Below the pieces are notes generated by a model. That model searched no databases. It was given only the letters and a program-made list of their open reading frames with translations, and was not told the DNA's origin. 64,000 nt of DNA from Nitrospirota bacterium (GTDB lineage Bacteria; Nitrospirota; UBA9217): assembly GCA_963751455.1 (NCBI GenBank), contig CAVVUN010000015.1, positions 512,001-576,000 on the forward strand. Direction: 5' to 3'. The translations under genes were made by a program, and so were the position numbers. This document shows, piece after piece, positions 39,219 to 49,446 of the stretch; the stretch's first letter is position 1, and the number at the start of each line of letters is the position of its first letter.

Positions 39219-41267
39219 ATGAGTTTAAAATCCGTTTCGCTGAAATGGGTTGTTGCAATTTTCTCTTTGTCGCTGATTGTTTCCTGCGGCGGAGGCGGCG
39301 GTTCAACACCGACCGGAGACGATGGAGGGAATGCCGGCGACGGCGGCGGTAACACCGCGTCAATCGTGAGCGAGGGCACATCATCTGTTCCCAAGGATTT
39401 GGGCATCGCTCCGCTCACCTATACCGGTGGAACCGTTGCATACGGGGGCAACAGCTATTATCAATTCAGAACGGGACAGGCCGGTTCATACGTTATCAGT
39501 GTGGCCAGTACGAACGTCAATATGGTGTGGGATCTCTACTCTCAAAAGTCTGATTTCGACAATTGGCTTGTCTCGGGCATCGCTTACGGCAATGATCTTT
39601 GGACCTCCATCACCGACCTGATCGATACAGCGCCGAATCTCGACGCCAATACGACCTATTATATCGAAGTGGAAAACGGAAATACGAACGGGAACGGCGG
39701 AACATATACTATTTCTGTCAGCAGCGGCAGCAGCGAAGGGTCCAAAAATACCCCGACAGCCCTGACTGCGGACGGATACTCTCATGCCGGAGGCATCGAC
39801 ACTTACGGCTACAGCTATTATTCGTTCACGAGCGCGGGCGGCTCCTACGTTATCAGTTTAGGGGGACTGTCGGTGCCCGCAGACATCCTCTCGTGGAGAG
39901 TGTATTCGGATGCGGCCTTCACCACTCTGGTCTCCGGGGAAACATGCAATGACTATTACAGCAGCGGTTCGCCGGGAGAAATAAGCTGCGCCGCGCCGAA
40001 TCTTCCCGCGGGAACATACTATGTGCAGGTCTATAACTACGGCTCGCAGGACACGTCCTACTCGATAACCGTTGCCCCGGACAGCAGCGGGAGTTATATC
40101 CAGGCTCCCATGCAGCTTGCGCTTGAAACCACTTACAACCAGACCATTTCCGACAACGGATATGACTATTATTATTTCGTCGTGCCGATGGGCGGAAGCG
40201 GGACATACAAAATAAATCTGTCGAGCACGAATGCTGACATGGAATGGGAGCTCTATTCCGGCAGCACATATTCGACTTCTCTCATGCAGTGCAACACAAC
40301 CTCGTCTGCAGGGGCGGAGAGCTGCATGTCTGGCAACATCGATCACGGGACCTACTATGTAAAGGTATACACGAAGGACACGCCCCCGGGGCCCGGAACA
40401 TACCCCTACTCGATCACAGTCACGACACAGGGCTGCAGCGAAGGCTCGCCGAATGAACCCGTTTTACTCACGCCGGAGACTCCCCATACGGGCGGCCGGC
40501 TCGCACCATCAAATCTGATTTACAGTTACTACACGTTTACGACTGAGTCTTTGCCGTCTCCTGCGGCGTACCTGGTCAAGATCACGAGTCAGAATCCGGC
40601 GACACAGTGGCCGGACTGGTCCCTGTTTTCCGATAAGGCTTTGACAACGCAAGTTGCCTGGTGCGGGCGAGGCCCTATCGGCGGCGATACGTTTTGCGTT
40701 ACATACCCACCCCAGAGCGCGGCTCCTGCGATGCTGACACCGAATAGCCAGTATTATCTTGTTGTCGGCAATGACTTTGCGACTCAGCCCATGACATATA
40801 CTTTGAACGTCGTCCCCTTCGACCCGTCAACAGGGTGCACGGCGGGCGGGGACCAGTGTTTCACTTTCGAGACAGGTTCGACGGATCCCCTGACACTCTC
40901 GTCGACAGGCTCGTCCGGGACCGGGCTCTGGTCGCGGTCCACCACAACATCCGGCGCAGGGTCTCAGAGCCTGACTTCGGGCATTGGCCAGAAAAATGAG
41001 AATTTGAGCTGCGTCCAATTCACCGCTACGGACGTCAAATGGATAAGCTTCAGTTTTAAGGCCCCTTTTGTGGATGCACAGGAATTTCTGCGTTTCAATA
41101 TAAGCAATTCCCAGGTTCTTCAAACCTGGTACAATGGGCAACCCTGGCAGCGGATGCTTTTCCCGGGGCAGGCAGGAAGCCATGTTTATGAATGGTGTTA
41201 CGAAAAAACATACTATACCAGCGGATATGATAATGTTTTTCTGGATGACATAGAGCTGAACTATTGA
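39219..41267 (+). CDS. Repeat-domain surface lipoprotein, paralog 2 (four PPC-like beta repeats + C-terminal jelly-roll-like domain)
   Basis: GGAGGT RBS, lipobox LIVSC-GGGGG, repeats SEG...YY.F...WxLYS...C...C..NL..TYY.V, ends DDIELNY. Confidence 0.88.
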   Translation: MSLKSVSLKWVVAIFSLSLIVSCGGGGGSTPTGDDGGNAGDGGGNTASIVSEGTSSVPKDLGIAPLTYTGGTVAYGGNSYYQFRTGQAGSYVISVASTNVNMVWDLYSQKSDFDNWLVSGIAYGNDLWTSITDLIDTAPNLDANTTYYIEVENGNTNGNGGTYTISVSSGSSEGSKNTPTALTADGYSHAGGIDTYGYSYYSFTSAGGSYVISLGGLSVPADILSWRVYSDAAFTTLVSGETCNDYYSSGSPGEISCAAPNLPAGTYYVQVYNYGSQDTSYSITVAPDSSGSYIQAPMQLALETTYNQTISDNGYDYYYFVVPMGGSGTYKINLSSTNADMEWELYSGSTYSTSLMQCNTTSSAGAESCMSGNIDHGTYYVKVYTKDTPPGPGTYPYSITVTTQGCSEGSPNEPVLLTPETPHTGGRLAPSNLIYSYYTFTTESLPSPAAYLVKITSQNPATQWPDWSLFSDKALTTQVAWCGRGPIGGDTFCVTYPPQSAAPAMLTPNSQYYLVVGNDFATQPMTYTLNVVPFDPSTGCTAGGDQCFTFETGSTDPLTLSSTGSSGTGLWSRSTTTSGAGSQSLTSGIGQKNENLSCVQFTATDVKWISFSFKAPFVDAQEFLRFNISNSQVLQTWYNGQPWQRMLFPGQAGSHVYEWCYEKTYYTSGYDNVFLDDIELNY

Positions 41268-41307
41268 GGATTTTTTTTGCGGTTCATTTGAAATCTACCA
41301 TTCTTTT

Positions 41308-41338
41308 CCCCTCCCTGTTTTCCCGGGGAGGGGTTTTT
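41308..41338 (+). terminator. Probable intrinsic terminator after the lipoprotein pair
   Basis: CCCCTCCC...GGGAGGGG followed by TTTTT. Confidence 0.65.
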
Positions 41339-41449
41339 GCTTTTCTTTAGGGGGGCACGAAAAACTTTTCGTTTGATTTTATGGCTCCGTGATGTTATTA
41401 TTTTCGATCTGTCAAAAAAGAAGCGGATTATTGCGGAGTTATATCAGTT

Positions 41450-43897
41450 ATGATGAAAACAGGTTTCGAAAAAGTTCTCGCTGGGCTCGATAAACTGTGG
41501 TTCGGGATTATTGTTCCGTTCCTGAATGCCTTGACGCCCTGGAAAGCCTTGAAGCTTCTGGCCGCAGCTTTCGTGGCGGGTATTCTCTTTGTCGCGCTCA
41601 TGTTCTTCATTCTCTCCTTTGGGCTTCCCACGGTGGAGTCTCTCAAGGACTATAAGCCGAGCCCCGGCACCGCGATCCTCGCCGAGGATGGCAGGGTTCT
41701 CGGCCACGTGAGGATCGAGAAGGGTGTGTATGTGCCGCTGTCCCGTGTGCCGAAATATGTAGTCAACGCGTTCCTTGCCACCGAAGATCCCCGCTTTTAC
41801 CAGCACCACGGCATAGATTACCGCGGGATTCTGCGCGCGGCGATGAAGGACATTATTGCTGTGCGGCTGAAACAGGGAGGCAGCACGATTACCCAGCAGC
41901 TGACCAAGGTCGTATTCCTTTCCCCCGAGCGGAAATTCACGAGAAAGATCAAGGAAATCATTCTCGCGCGAAGGCTTGAGAAGGAGCTTACCAAGGAGGA
42001 AATCCTGGAACTTTATCTCAACAAAATCTACTTTGGCCACGGGGCGTACGGCATACAGATGGCGGCAAAAACATATTTCGGAAAGAATGCCTCCGGACTG
42101 AACCAGGCGGAGGCCGCGCTCCTTGCAGGGCTGCCAAAATCGCCCATGGTTTATTCACCGTACAGCGATATCGATCTGACGAAGCTGCGGCAATGGCAGG
42201 TGTTGCAGAGAATGGTTGAAGAAGGCTATCTTACCGAGCCCCAGAGCGTCCAGATTTACAACCAGCCGCTCAATCTCGAGAATCTCCGGCACCAGGAAGA
42301 ACCGGCGCCGCACGTTGTGGACTACCTCAGAAAATATATCGAGAAGAAATATGGTTCGGAAAAACTCTACGATGGAGGGCTGAAGGTCTATACGACGATC
42401 GATATCGACCTCCAGCGTCAGGGTGTAACAGCGCTCAGGGACGGCCTGCGGGCCCTGGACAAGAGGCAGGGCTTTCGGGGCAGGGTCGGATATAAGCAGC
42501 TCAAGTCCACGCCGATTCAATGGGGTTCGCTCCATGTAATGGTTAAGCCGGGCGAAGGATTCAATGCGCATGTTCTGGCTGTGAGTGACGAATACATTAC
42601 CGTAAAAGGCCGCGGTTTGATCGGATATATAACGAAGGAAGACATGGCATGGGCCCTCCTGAAACCCAAGAAGAGAAAGGACGACCCCGACGAGTTCAAG
42701 AAGGCGCAGGAGATCATTGCGCCAGGCGATATCATAAAAGTCCGGCTGAAAGACTACGATCGGAAGAAACAGGCTGCTTCGTTCCTGCTTGACCAGACGC
42801 CGCTCGTCCAGGGGGCAGTGGTGTCCATTGAGCCCTACACCGGATATATACGGGCGATGGTCGGGGGGTACGATTTTATGGAGGGAGGATTCAACCACGC
42901 GACGGAAGCCAGGCGTCAGCCCGGATCGGCCTTCAAACCGTTTATTTACGGGGCGGCGCTCGAGAACGGTTTCACGCCGGCCTCAATACTTATGGACCTG
43001 CCGGTCATTCACGAGCAGAGCGAGTATGAGAAAAAAGCATGGAAGCCCGGGAACTACGACGAGCGTTTCCTGGGCCCGATGCGGCTCCGGACTGCGCTGG
43101 CCCTTTCCCGGAACGCAGTCACCGTAGGACTTCTGGAAAAAATCGGGCTGGACAAAACGATCCAGTTTGCGCGCAAGGCCGGTATCACAAGCGAGATCAG
43201 TTACGATTATACGACCGCGCTGGGCTCTTCGGGCGTAACCCCGCTGGAACTTACGTCCGCGTACGCGACCTTCGCGTCGCAGGGCATTCGGACGGAGCCT
43301 ATTCTCATCAAGAGCATTGTGGACGGGACCGGCGCTGTGCTTGAAAGCTATGAGCCGCAGCCGACCGAGGCGATCAGCCCGGACACTGCCTACCTCGTCA
43401 CGAGCCTGCTGAAGAGCGTCGTCGACGAAGGCACCGGGAGAGGCGCAAAAGTGCTGGGAAAACCGCTCGCAGGCAAGACCGGCACTACCAACAATTACGT
43501 GGATGCCTGGTTCGTGGGCTATGCGACAAACATCGTGACAGGCGTCTGGGTCGGATATGATAACGCCAACGCTTCCCTCGGCGACCGGGAAACGGGCGCG
43601 CGGGCGGCCCTTCCCGTCTGGGTATCGGTCATGGCGACCGCGCTTTCCGGGAAATCTGCCGAGGATTTCAGGCCGAGCGATGCGGTTGTGTTCCTGAAAA
43701 TCGATCCTGAAACGGGATTGCTTGCCCGAGAGGAAGCAGCCGACGCTGTCACCGATGTATTCCTAAAAGGCACAGAGCCTACTCAGTATGCCGACATTAA
43801 CACAGGTCCGAAGATCCGGCACCTCTATAATGCCGATCAGGGCGTTGTTGAAGATACAACCGGGAAAAAAATGCCTGTTGACGAGGTGTCAGACTAG
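41450..43897 (+). CDS. mrcA: Penicillin-binding protein 1A
   Basis: TEDPRFYQHHG, QGGSTITQQL, RKIKE, LYLNKIYFG; RQPGSAFKP (SxxK), SRN, GKTGTT. Confidence 0.93.
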   Translation: MMKTGFEKVLAGLDKLWFGIIVPFLNALTPWKALKLLAAAFVAGILFVALMFFILSFGLPTVESLKDYKPSPGTAILAEDGRVLGHVRIEKGVYVPLSRVPKYVVNAFLATEDPRFYQHHGIDYRGILRAAMKDIIAVRLKQGGSTITQQLTKVVFLSPERKFTRKIKEIILARRLEKELTKEEILELYLNKIYFGHGAYGIQMAAKTYFGKNASGLNQAEAALLAGLPKSPMVYSPYSDIDLTKLRQWQVLQRMVEEGYLTEPQSVQIYNQPLNLENLRHQEEPAPHVVDYLRKYIEKKYGSEKLYDGGLKVYTTIDIDLQRQGVTALRDGLRALDKRQGFRGRVGYKQLKSTPIQWGSLHVMVKPGEGFNAHVLAVSDEYITVKGRGLIGYITKEDMAWALLKPKKRKDDPDEFKKAQEIIAPGDIIKVRLKDYDRKKQAASFLLDQTPLVQGAVVSIEPYTGYIRAMVGGYDFMEGGFNHATEARRQPGSAFKPFIYGAALENGFTPASILMDLPVIHEQSEYEKKAWKPGNYDERFLGPMRLRTALALSRNAVTVGLLEKIGLDKTIQFARKAGITSEISYDYTTALGSSGVTPLELTSAYATFASQGIRTEPILIKSIVDGTGAVLESYEPQPTEAISPDTAYLVTSLLKSVVDEGTGRGAKVLGKPLAGKTGTTNNYVDAWFVGYATNIVTGVWVGYDNANASLGDRETGARAALPVWVSVMATALSGKSAEDFRPSDAVVFLKIDPETGLLAREEAADAVTDVFLKGTEPTQYADINTGPKIRHLYNADQGVVEDTTGKKMPVDEVSD

Positions 43898-43913
43898 ATG
43901 AGGACAGAAGAAA

Positions 43914-43950
43914 CAGTTCAGTTCATAGTTCATGGTTCGGAGTTCGGACT
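43914..43950. repeat. 7-mer tandem arm between mrcA and ileS
   Basis: AGTTCAT AGTTCAT GGTTCGG AGTTCGG. Confidence 0.6.
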
Positions 43951-43966
43951 CGAGGAGATGCCCTGA

Positions 43967-46750
43967 ATGGATTATAAGACAACGCTTAATCTCCCTAAAA
44001 CCGATTTCCCGATGAAAGCGAACCTCAAGGAACTTGAACCGCGCATGATCGGAAAGTGGCAGGACGAAAAAATCTACGATCAGATGCAGGAACGGCCAGG
44101 CAGCGGAAGAAGCTATATTCTGCATGACGGGCCTCCCTACGCGAACGGGCATATCCACATCGGCCATGCGCTCAACAAAATTCTGAAGGACATCATCGTC
44201 AAGTTCAAATCCATGCAGGGATTCCGGAGCCCGTATGTCCCGGGGTGGGACTGCCACGGCCTGCCGATCGAGCACCAGGTGCTGAAGAACCTGGGGCCTA
44301 AAAAAGAGGGCATGGACAAGAGCGAGATTCGCAAACTGTGCCGGGAGTATGCTGAAAAATTCATCGCTATCCAGCGTGAGGAGTTCAAACGCCTGGGCGT
44401 TTTCGGCGATTGGAACAGCCCCTATCTCACCATGAATTTCGGGTATGAGGCTGCCATTGTCCGTGAATTCGGAAAATTCGTTGCCGCGAAAGGCGTGTAC
44501 AAGGGCAAAAAACCAGTGTACTGGTGCGGGTTCGATCAGACCGCGCTTGCCGAGGCCGAAGTGGAATACGCTGACCATGAGTCGCCTTCGGTCTACGTAC
44601 GGTTTCCGCTCCCGAATGCGGATAAAACCCTCCCCTCACTTTCAGGCAAAAAGGTGTCTGTCGTTATCTGGACCACGACGCCCTGGACTCTTATCGCCAA
44701 TCTTGCAGTGGCGCTTCATCCCGAGTTCGATTATGTTGCAGCTGAAAGAGGCGGAGAGGTGTTCATCCTGGCCGAAGGACTTCTCAAACAGGCTATGGAG
44801 AAGTTTGGGTTCACGGATTACAGGATCATCGATAAATTCAAAGGCAGAAAGCTCGAAGGGCTCAAAGCCCGGCATCCTTTTATTGATCGGGACTCCCTTA
44901 TCATCCTGGGCGATCATGTGACGCTCGAAAGCGGAACCGGGGCCGTTCATACAGCGCCCGGGCACGGGCAGGACGATTACGAGGCAGGCCTGCGCTACGG
45001 CCTTGATGTTTATGCGCCGGTCGACGACAAAGGACGGTTCACCAAAGAGGCGGACGGGTTCGCGGGTGAGCAGGTGTTCAAGGCCAACAAGGCCATCATC
45101 GAGCTGCTCAGAAACAAGGGTGCGCTTCTGGCCGACGAAAAAATCGTACACTCTTATCCGCACTGCTGGCGGTGCAAAAACCCGGTAATTTTTCGCGCCA
45201 CCGAGCAGTGGTTCATCTCGATGAAGGAAAACGACCTCCTCAAAAAGACGGTGGAAAACATCCAGAGGGTGACGTGGGTGCCGGCCTGGGGCAAGGACCG
45301 CATCCTCGGGATGATGGAAAACAGGCCGGACTGGTGTATTTCCCGTCAAAGGGCCTGGGGCGTACCGATCATTGCCTTCACCTGCACGTCATGCAGCGAA
45401 TTGCTGCTTGACAAAAATGTTGTGGCCTACGTCGGGGACATCGTGGAAAAAGAAGGCGCAGACGCGTGGTTTCTGAAAACTGCCGGGGAACTCCTTCCCG
45501 CCGGAACAACATGCGGGAAATGCGGCGGTAAGGACCTCGCTAAAGAGATGGACATCCTCGACGTCTGGTTCGACTCAGGGGTGAGCCACGCGGCGGTCCT
45601 TCGACAGCGGAAAGACCTTTCCTGGCCCGCAGACCTGTACCTCGAAGGGAGCGACCAGCACCGCGGGTGGTTCCAATCGTCGCTACTTACGTCCGTCGAA
45701 ACGACCGGCCGCGCTCCGTACAATGCGGTGCTTACGCACGGCTTTACCGTGGATGGCTCCGGCAAGAAGATGAGCAAGTCCGCCGGAAACGTCGTAGCTC
45801 CGCAGGAAGTGATCGACAAATACGGCGCAGAGGTCCTGAGGCTCTGGGTCTCGGCCGCTGATTACCGCGATGATATCAGGATTTCCCAGGAGATTCTGGC
45901 CCATCTTGCGGAAGCTTACCGAAGGATCCGGAACACCAGCCGATATCTTCTCGGCAACCTTGCGGATTTCGATCCGGCTGTTGACACGGTTTCAGACAGC
46001 GACCTTCTCGAAATCGATCGCTGGGCGCTCATGAAACTCCAGAAACTCATCCAGCGCGTGGAAAAAGCGTACGAAGATTTTGAATTCCATCTCGTCTTTC
46101 ATTCACTCCACAACTTCTGCGCTGTGGAAATGAGTTCCTTCTACCTCGACATACTCAAAGACCGTCTCTATACGGCGAAGACAAAGTCCGTGGAAAGGCG
46201 TTCCGGGCAGACAACCATGCAGGCGATTCTCTCGGCGATGGTAAGGCTCATGGCGCCCGTTCTTTCGTTTACCGCGGATGAAGTGTGGAGCTATATGAAG
46301 GAGAGCGGCAAAGACAAAACCGTGTTTTTCGCGTCTTTTCCGAAGGCGGAGGAGAAATACTTCGATACCGGGCTGGAAGAGCGATGGGACAGGATTATTG
46401 CGATCCGGGGCGAGGTGGCAAAAGTGCTCGAAGCACTCCGGCGCGACAAGAAGATCGGCCACTCGCTCGACTCGGGCGTCACGCTTTTTGCCGCACCCGA
46501 GCTTTACGGGTTCCTGAGCAAATACCGCAATGATCTGGCATTTATCTTTATTGTTTCGGCAGTCACGCTGGCTGATGTTTCAGAAGCGCCCGGCGACGCC
46601 TACACCTCTGAAATCGTAAAAGACCTCAGAATTGCCGCCGGTCCCGCAAAAGGGAAAAAATGCGCCCGCTGCTGGATGTACAGCGAGATGGTCGGAGCCG
46701 TCAAGGAGCATCCGGAAATCTGCGGCCGGTGTGCAGGAAACCTGGATTAA
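43967..46750 (+). CDS. ileS: Isoleucine-tRNA ligase (type 1)
   Basis: PYANGHIHIGH, WTTTPWT, WCISRQR, KMSKS, C-terminal CARC...CGRC. Confidence 0.97.
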   Translation: MDYKTTLNLPKTDFPMKANLKELEPRMIGKWQDEKIYDQMQERPGSGRSYILHDGPPYANGHIHIGHALNKILKDIIVKFKSMQGFRSPYVPGWDCHGLPIEHQVLKNLGPKKEGMDKSEIRKLCREYAEKFIAIQREEFKRLGVFGDWNSPYLTMNFGYEAAIVREFGKFVAAKGVYKGKKPVYWCGFDQTALAEAEVEYADHESPSVYVRFPLPNADKTLPSLSGKKVSVVIWTTTPWTLIANLAVALHPEFDYVAAERGGEVFILAEGLLKQAMEKFGFTDYRIIDKFKGRKLEGLKARHPFIDRDSLIILGDHVTLESGTGAVHTAPGHGQDDYEAGLRYGLDVYAPVDDKGRFTKEADGFAGEQVFKANKAIIELLRNKGALLADEKIVHSYPHCWRCKNPVIFRATEQWFISMKENDLLKKTVENIQRVTWVPAWGKDRILGMMENRPDWCISRQRAWGVPIIAFTCTSCSELLLDKNVVAYVGDIVEKEGADAWFLKTAGELLPAGTTCGKCGGKDLAKEMDILDVWFDSGVSHAAVLRQRKDLSWPADLYLEGSDQHRGWFQSSLLTSVETTGRAPYNAVLTHGFTVDGSGKKMSKSAGNVVAPQEVIDKYGAEVLRLWVSAADYRDDIRISQEILAHLAEAYRRIRNTSRYLLGNLADFDPAVDTVSDSDLLEIDRWALMKLQKLIQRVEKAYEDFEFHLVFHSLHNFCAVEMSSFYLDILKDRLYTAKTKSVERRSGQTTMQAILSAMVRLMAPVLSFTADEVWSYMKESGKDKTVFFASFPKAEEKYFDTGLEERWDRIIAIRGEVAKVLEALRRDKKIGHSLDSGVTLFAAPELYGFLSKYRNDLAFIFIVSAVTLADVSEAPGDAYTSEIVKDLRIAAGPAKGKKCARCWMYSEMVGAVKEHPEICGRCAGNLD

Positions 46751-46780
46751 TTGCGGAATCGCGTCGCCACTCTTAACCGC

Positions 46781-46821
46781 GCCCTGTATTCGCGCTGCGC
46801 ACTCGTGGCAACGGTGCAGGC
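46781..46821. repeat. Minimal 41-bp GCCCTGTA...GTGCAGGC element
   Basis: Same CCGC|GCCCTGYATTCGCG left end and GTGCAGGC right end as 22788-22948. Confidence 0.65.
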
Positions 46822-46892
46822 CGTGTACTGGCCCCTGCACATTTCTAAAGTGATTTTCGGAAACGAGACATAACTATCGTAAGGAGTGCGCT

Positions 46893-47390
46893 TTGAAAAA
46901 CAAATACGTCTGGTCGGGTTCTATCATCGGCCTTATTCTTCTCCTCGATCAGTTTAGTAAATATATAGTGGAAAAACATGTACGTCTCTTTGAGGTTATC
47001 CGGGTCATCCCGGGATTTTTCAACCTGACGCATGTGCGGAACCGGGGAGCCGCCTTCGGGATTCTCTCAAATATGCCCGCCGTGTGGCGCACATTATTCT
47101 TCGTGTCCGTTACCGCTGTTGCCGTTGGGCTTATCGCGCTGTATATAAAAAAGACCAATGAGCGTCTGCAGCTCGTCGCGTTCTCTCTGATTGCCGGCGG
47201 TGCAGTCGGAAACGCGATCGACCGCATACGCTATGGTGAGGTCGTCGACTTCATCCAATGGTATGTGAAGTCGTATTACTGGCCCTCCTTCAATATAGCC
47301 GACTCAGCCATATCAGTGGGAGTGTGCTTGCTGGCCATTGACATGCTTTTTTTGCAAAAAGCCAGAACTGCAGAAATATCTAAATCCTGA
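46893..47390 (+). CDS. lspA: Lipoprotein signal peptidase II
   Basis: LDQFSK, NRGAAFG, GGAVGNAIDR, VVDF, FNIAD. Confidence 0.95.
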   Translation: MKNKYVWSGSIIGLILLLDQFSKYIVEKHVRLFEVIRVIPGFFNLTHVRNRGAAFGILSNMPAVWRTLFFVSVTAVAVGLIALYIKKTNERLQLVAFSLIAGGAVGNAIDRIRYGEVVDFIQWYVKSYYWPSFNIADSAISVGVCLLAIDMLFLQKARTAEISKS

Positions 47391-47477
47391 TATCGATATC
47401 CTAAATAAATTTCCTAATCTGCATGGTTGAATTGGTGATTGGAGTTTCGGATTCAGGATTTCTTCGGAAAGGAAGCA

Positions 47478-48278
47478 ATGCATCCCATATTATTTGAAAT
47501 ACCCCAAATTGATCTCGGCAACTGGGTGATCGGGCCGATTCCGATCAGGATGTACGGCCTTATGATCGGCTGCGGGTTTCTTCTCGCCATTTATCTTGCC
47601 TCGCGCCGTGCCAGGAAGGAAGGCTTGAATCCGGAACTCGTCCTGGATATGGGCATTTACCTGCTGCTCGCCGCAATAATCGGGTCGCGCGCGTTGTACG
47701 TGCTCACAAGCTGGCAGGAGTTTTCCCGCAATCCCGTTGAAATGTTCGCGATCTGGAAGGGTGGGCTCGTGTTCTACGGGGGGGTTCTGGCAGCTGTGCC
47801 GACCGGTATATGGTATGTAAGAAAGCATAATCTCCCCGTCTGGAAGACAGGCGACATCATCGCTCCCTACGCAGCGCTCGGGCATGCTATCGGCCGGCTC
47901 GGATGCTTTTTTGCCGGCTGCTGCTACGGGGCTCCTTGCAGCGGGCCGCTTTGCATTACCTTCAGCGATGCCCGATCTCTGGCGCCGCACGGGGTGCCGC
48001 TCTTCCCGACGCAGCTGACAGAGTCAGGCGCCGAATTTCTTATTTTCGGGCTGCTGCTTTTTCTGCGGCGGTACAAAACATTCGACGGACAGCTCTTCTG
48101 GCTTTACCTGATCTTTTATGCAATCATGAGGTTCTCCCTCGAGTTTTATAGAGGAGACGTGGCACGCGGCCTGTACTTTGGAGGTGCAATCTCAACCTCA
48201 CAGCTTGTTGCAATCTTCGTGCTTGCGTTTTCACTGTTCATGCTGTGGACACTGCGCAAGACCCCAATTGCAAAATGA
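47478..48278 (+). CDS. lgt: Prolipoprotein diacylglyceryl transferase
   Basis: MHPILF, IIGSRALYV, IWKGGLVFYGG, GRLGCFFAGCCYG, PTQL. Confidence 0.94.
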   Translation: MHPILFEIPQIDLGNWVIGPIPIRMYGLMIGCGFLLAIYLASRRARKEGLNPELVLDMGIYLLLAAIIGSRALYVLTSWQEFSRNPVEMFAIWKGGLVFYGGVLAAVPTGIWYVRKHNLPVWKTGDIIAPYAALGHAIGRLGCFFAGCCYGAPCSGPLCITFSDARSLAPHGVPLFPTQLTESGAEFLIFGLLLFLRRYKTFDGQLFWLYLIFYAIMRFSLEFYRGDVARGLYFGGAISTSQLVAIFVLAFSLFMLWTLRKTPIAK

Positions 48279-48306
48279 AAATTAGTAACTACTCAGGTCA
48301 TTTTTT

Positions 48307-48425
48307 TATCCGCAGATTACGCAGATTTCGCAGATAAAAACAAAACCAGAATTCCGGTTTTAGAATCTGCGTCAATCTGCTTGTGCCCGCGCTTTGGCAA
48401 CAGCAGGGTACGAAATCTGCGGATA
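48307..48425. repeat. CGCAGAT-family inverted-repeat element with a small insert in its right arm
   Basis: TATCCGCAGATTACGCAGATTTCGCAGAT...ATCTGCG TCAATCTGC [~48381-48411] AAATCTGCGGATA. Confidence 0.75.
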
Positions 48426-48510
48426 GAAGGGCTTTTTCCGAATCGATCAAATTTGAAAGCTACCGAAATTTCTCGCTTTTCAGTTTGCGTTTAAACTTAT
48501 CAATGAAGCC

Positions 48511-49446
48511 ATGCCTACAATCACTCTCATTGCCACAGAAAAGCATGTCGGCAAGCGGCTTGACATCTTTATTGCCCATTACGAACCTCAGATTTCCCGC
48601 AACCGCATTCAGACCCTTATCAAGCAAGCTTTCGCGCTGGTAAACGGCACTGCCGAGAAGCGCGGTTACAAAGTAAAGCTCGGTGACAGCATTACTCTTG
48701 AGATGCCGGAAAGAAAAATCCGGGAGGTCGCGCCTGAACCAATCCCGCTTTCCATAATCTTCGAAGATCCGCACATGATTGTTTTAAACAAACCGCCCGG
48801 GCTGGTCGTTCACCCGGCGCCCGGTAATTACACGGGCACGCTCGTCAACGCTCTCTTATACCACTACGGCAGCCTTCCCTCGTCGGGACCGGGACCTCAG
48901 GGCAGCGAGCGCGCGGGCATCGTTCACCGTCTGGACAAGGACACGTCCGGCGTCATGGTTGTTGCAAGGACCGAAAAAGCGCTTCGCAGTCTGTCGATGC
49001 AGTTCAAGAACCGGATCGTTCGAAAACGCTACCTTGCTCTTGTGTCGGGCGTTATCAAAAAAGGATCGGGTACGATCGAAGCCGGCCTTGGCAGGCACGT
49101 GAAAGAGCGAAAAAAGATCAGCGTCCACACTCACAAAGCCCGTGAGGCGATTACGATGTATACAGTCAAGGAACGATTCAAGAGCGCGACGCTCATAGAA
49201 GTCGAGATCAAAACGGGCCGCACTCATCAAATCAGGGTGCATGCCGCGCATATCGGTCACCCTGTACTCGGTGACCGGGTATACGGCTCGCCCCGGTCCG
49301 GGATGCACGACATGGTGCCGCGCCAAATGCTGCATGCAGAATCACTTTCGCTCCTGCATCCCGATACCGGCCATCCGATGACCTTCAGCACACCACCTCC
49401 CCGGGACATGGCAAATATCATTGAAAAGCTGCGTGCGCTGAAATAA
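48511..49446 (+). CDS. rluD: RluA/RluD family pseudouridine synthase
   Basis: S4 domain RLD, NKPPGLVVHP, GIVHRLDKDTSG, TGRTHQIRVH. Confidence 0.9.
   Translation: MPTITLIATEKHVGKRLDIFIAHYEPQISRNRIQTLIKQAFALVNGTAEKRGYKVKLGDSITLEMPERKIREVAPEPIPLSIIFEDPHMIVLNKPPGLVVHPAPGNYTGTLVNALLYHYGSLPSSGPGPQGSERAGIVHRLDKDTSGVMVVARTEKALRSLSMQFKNRIVRKRYLALVSGVIKKGSGTIEAGLGRHVKERKKISVHTHKAREAITMYTVKERFKSATLIEVEIKTGRTHQIRVHAAHIGHPVLGDRVYGSPRSGMHDMVPRQMLHAESLSLLHPDTGHPMTFSTPPPRDMANIIEKLRALK

Noticed and set aside
37146-41267. Diversity-generating retroelement acting on the lipoprotein pair
   Set aside because: No reverse transcriptase in the window, and the paralogs differ at all base types along their length rather than by adenine-specific changes in a short repeat.
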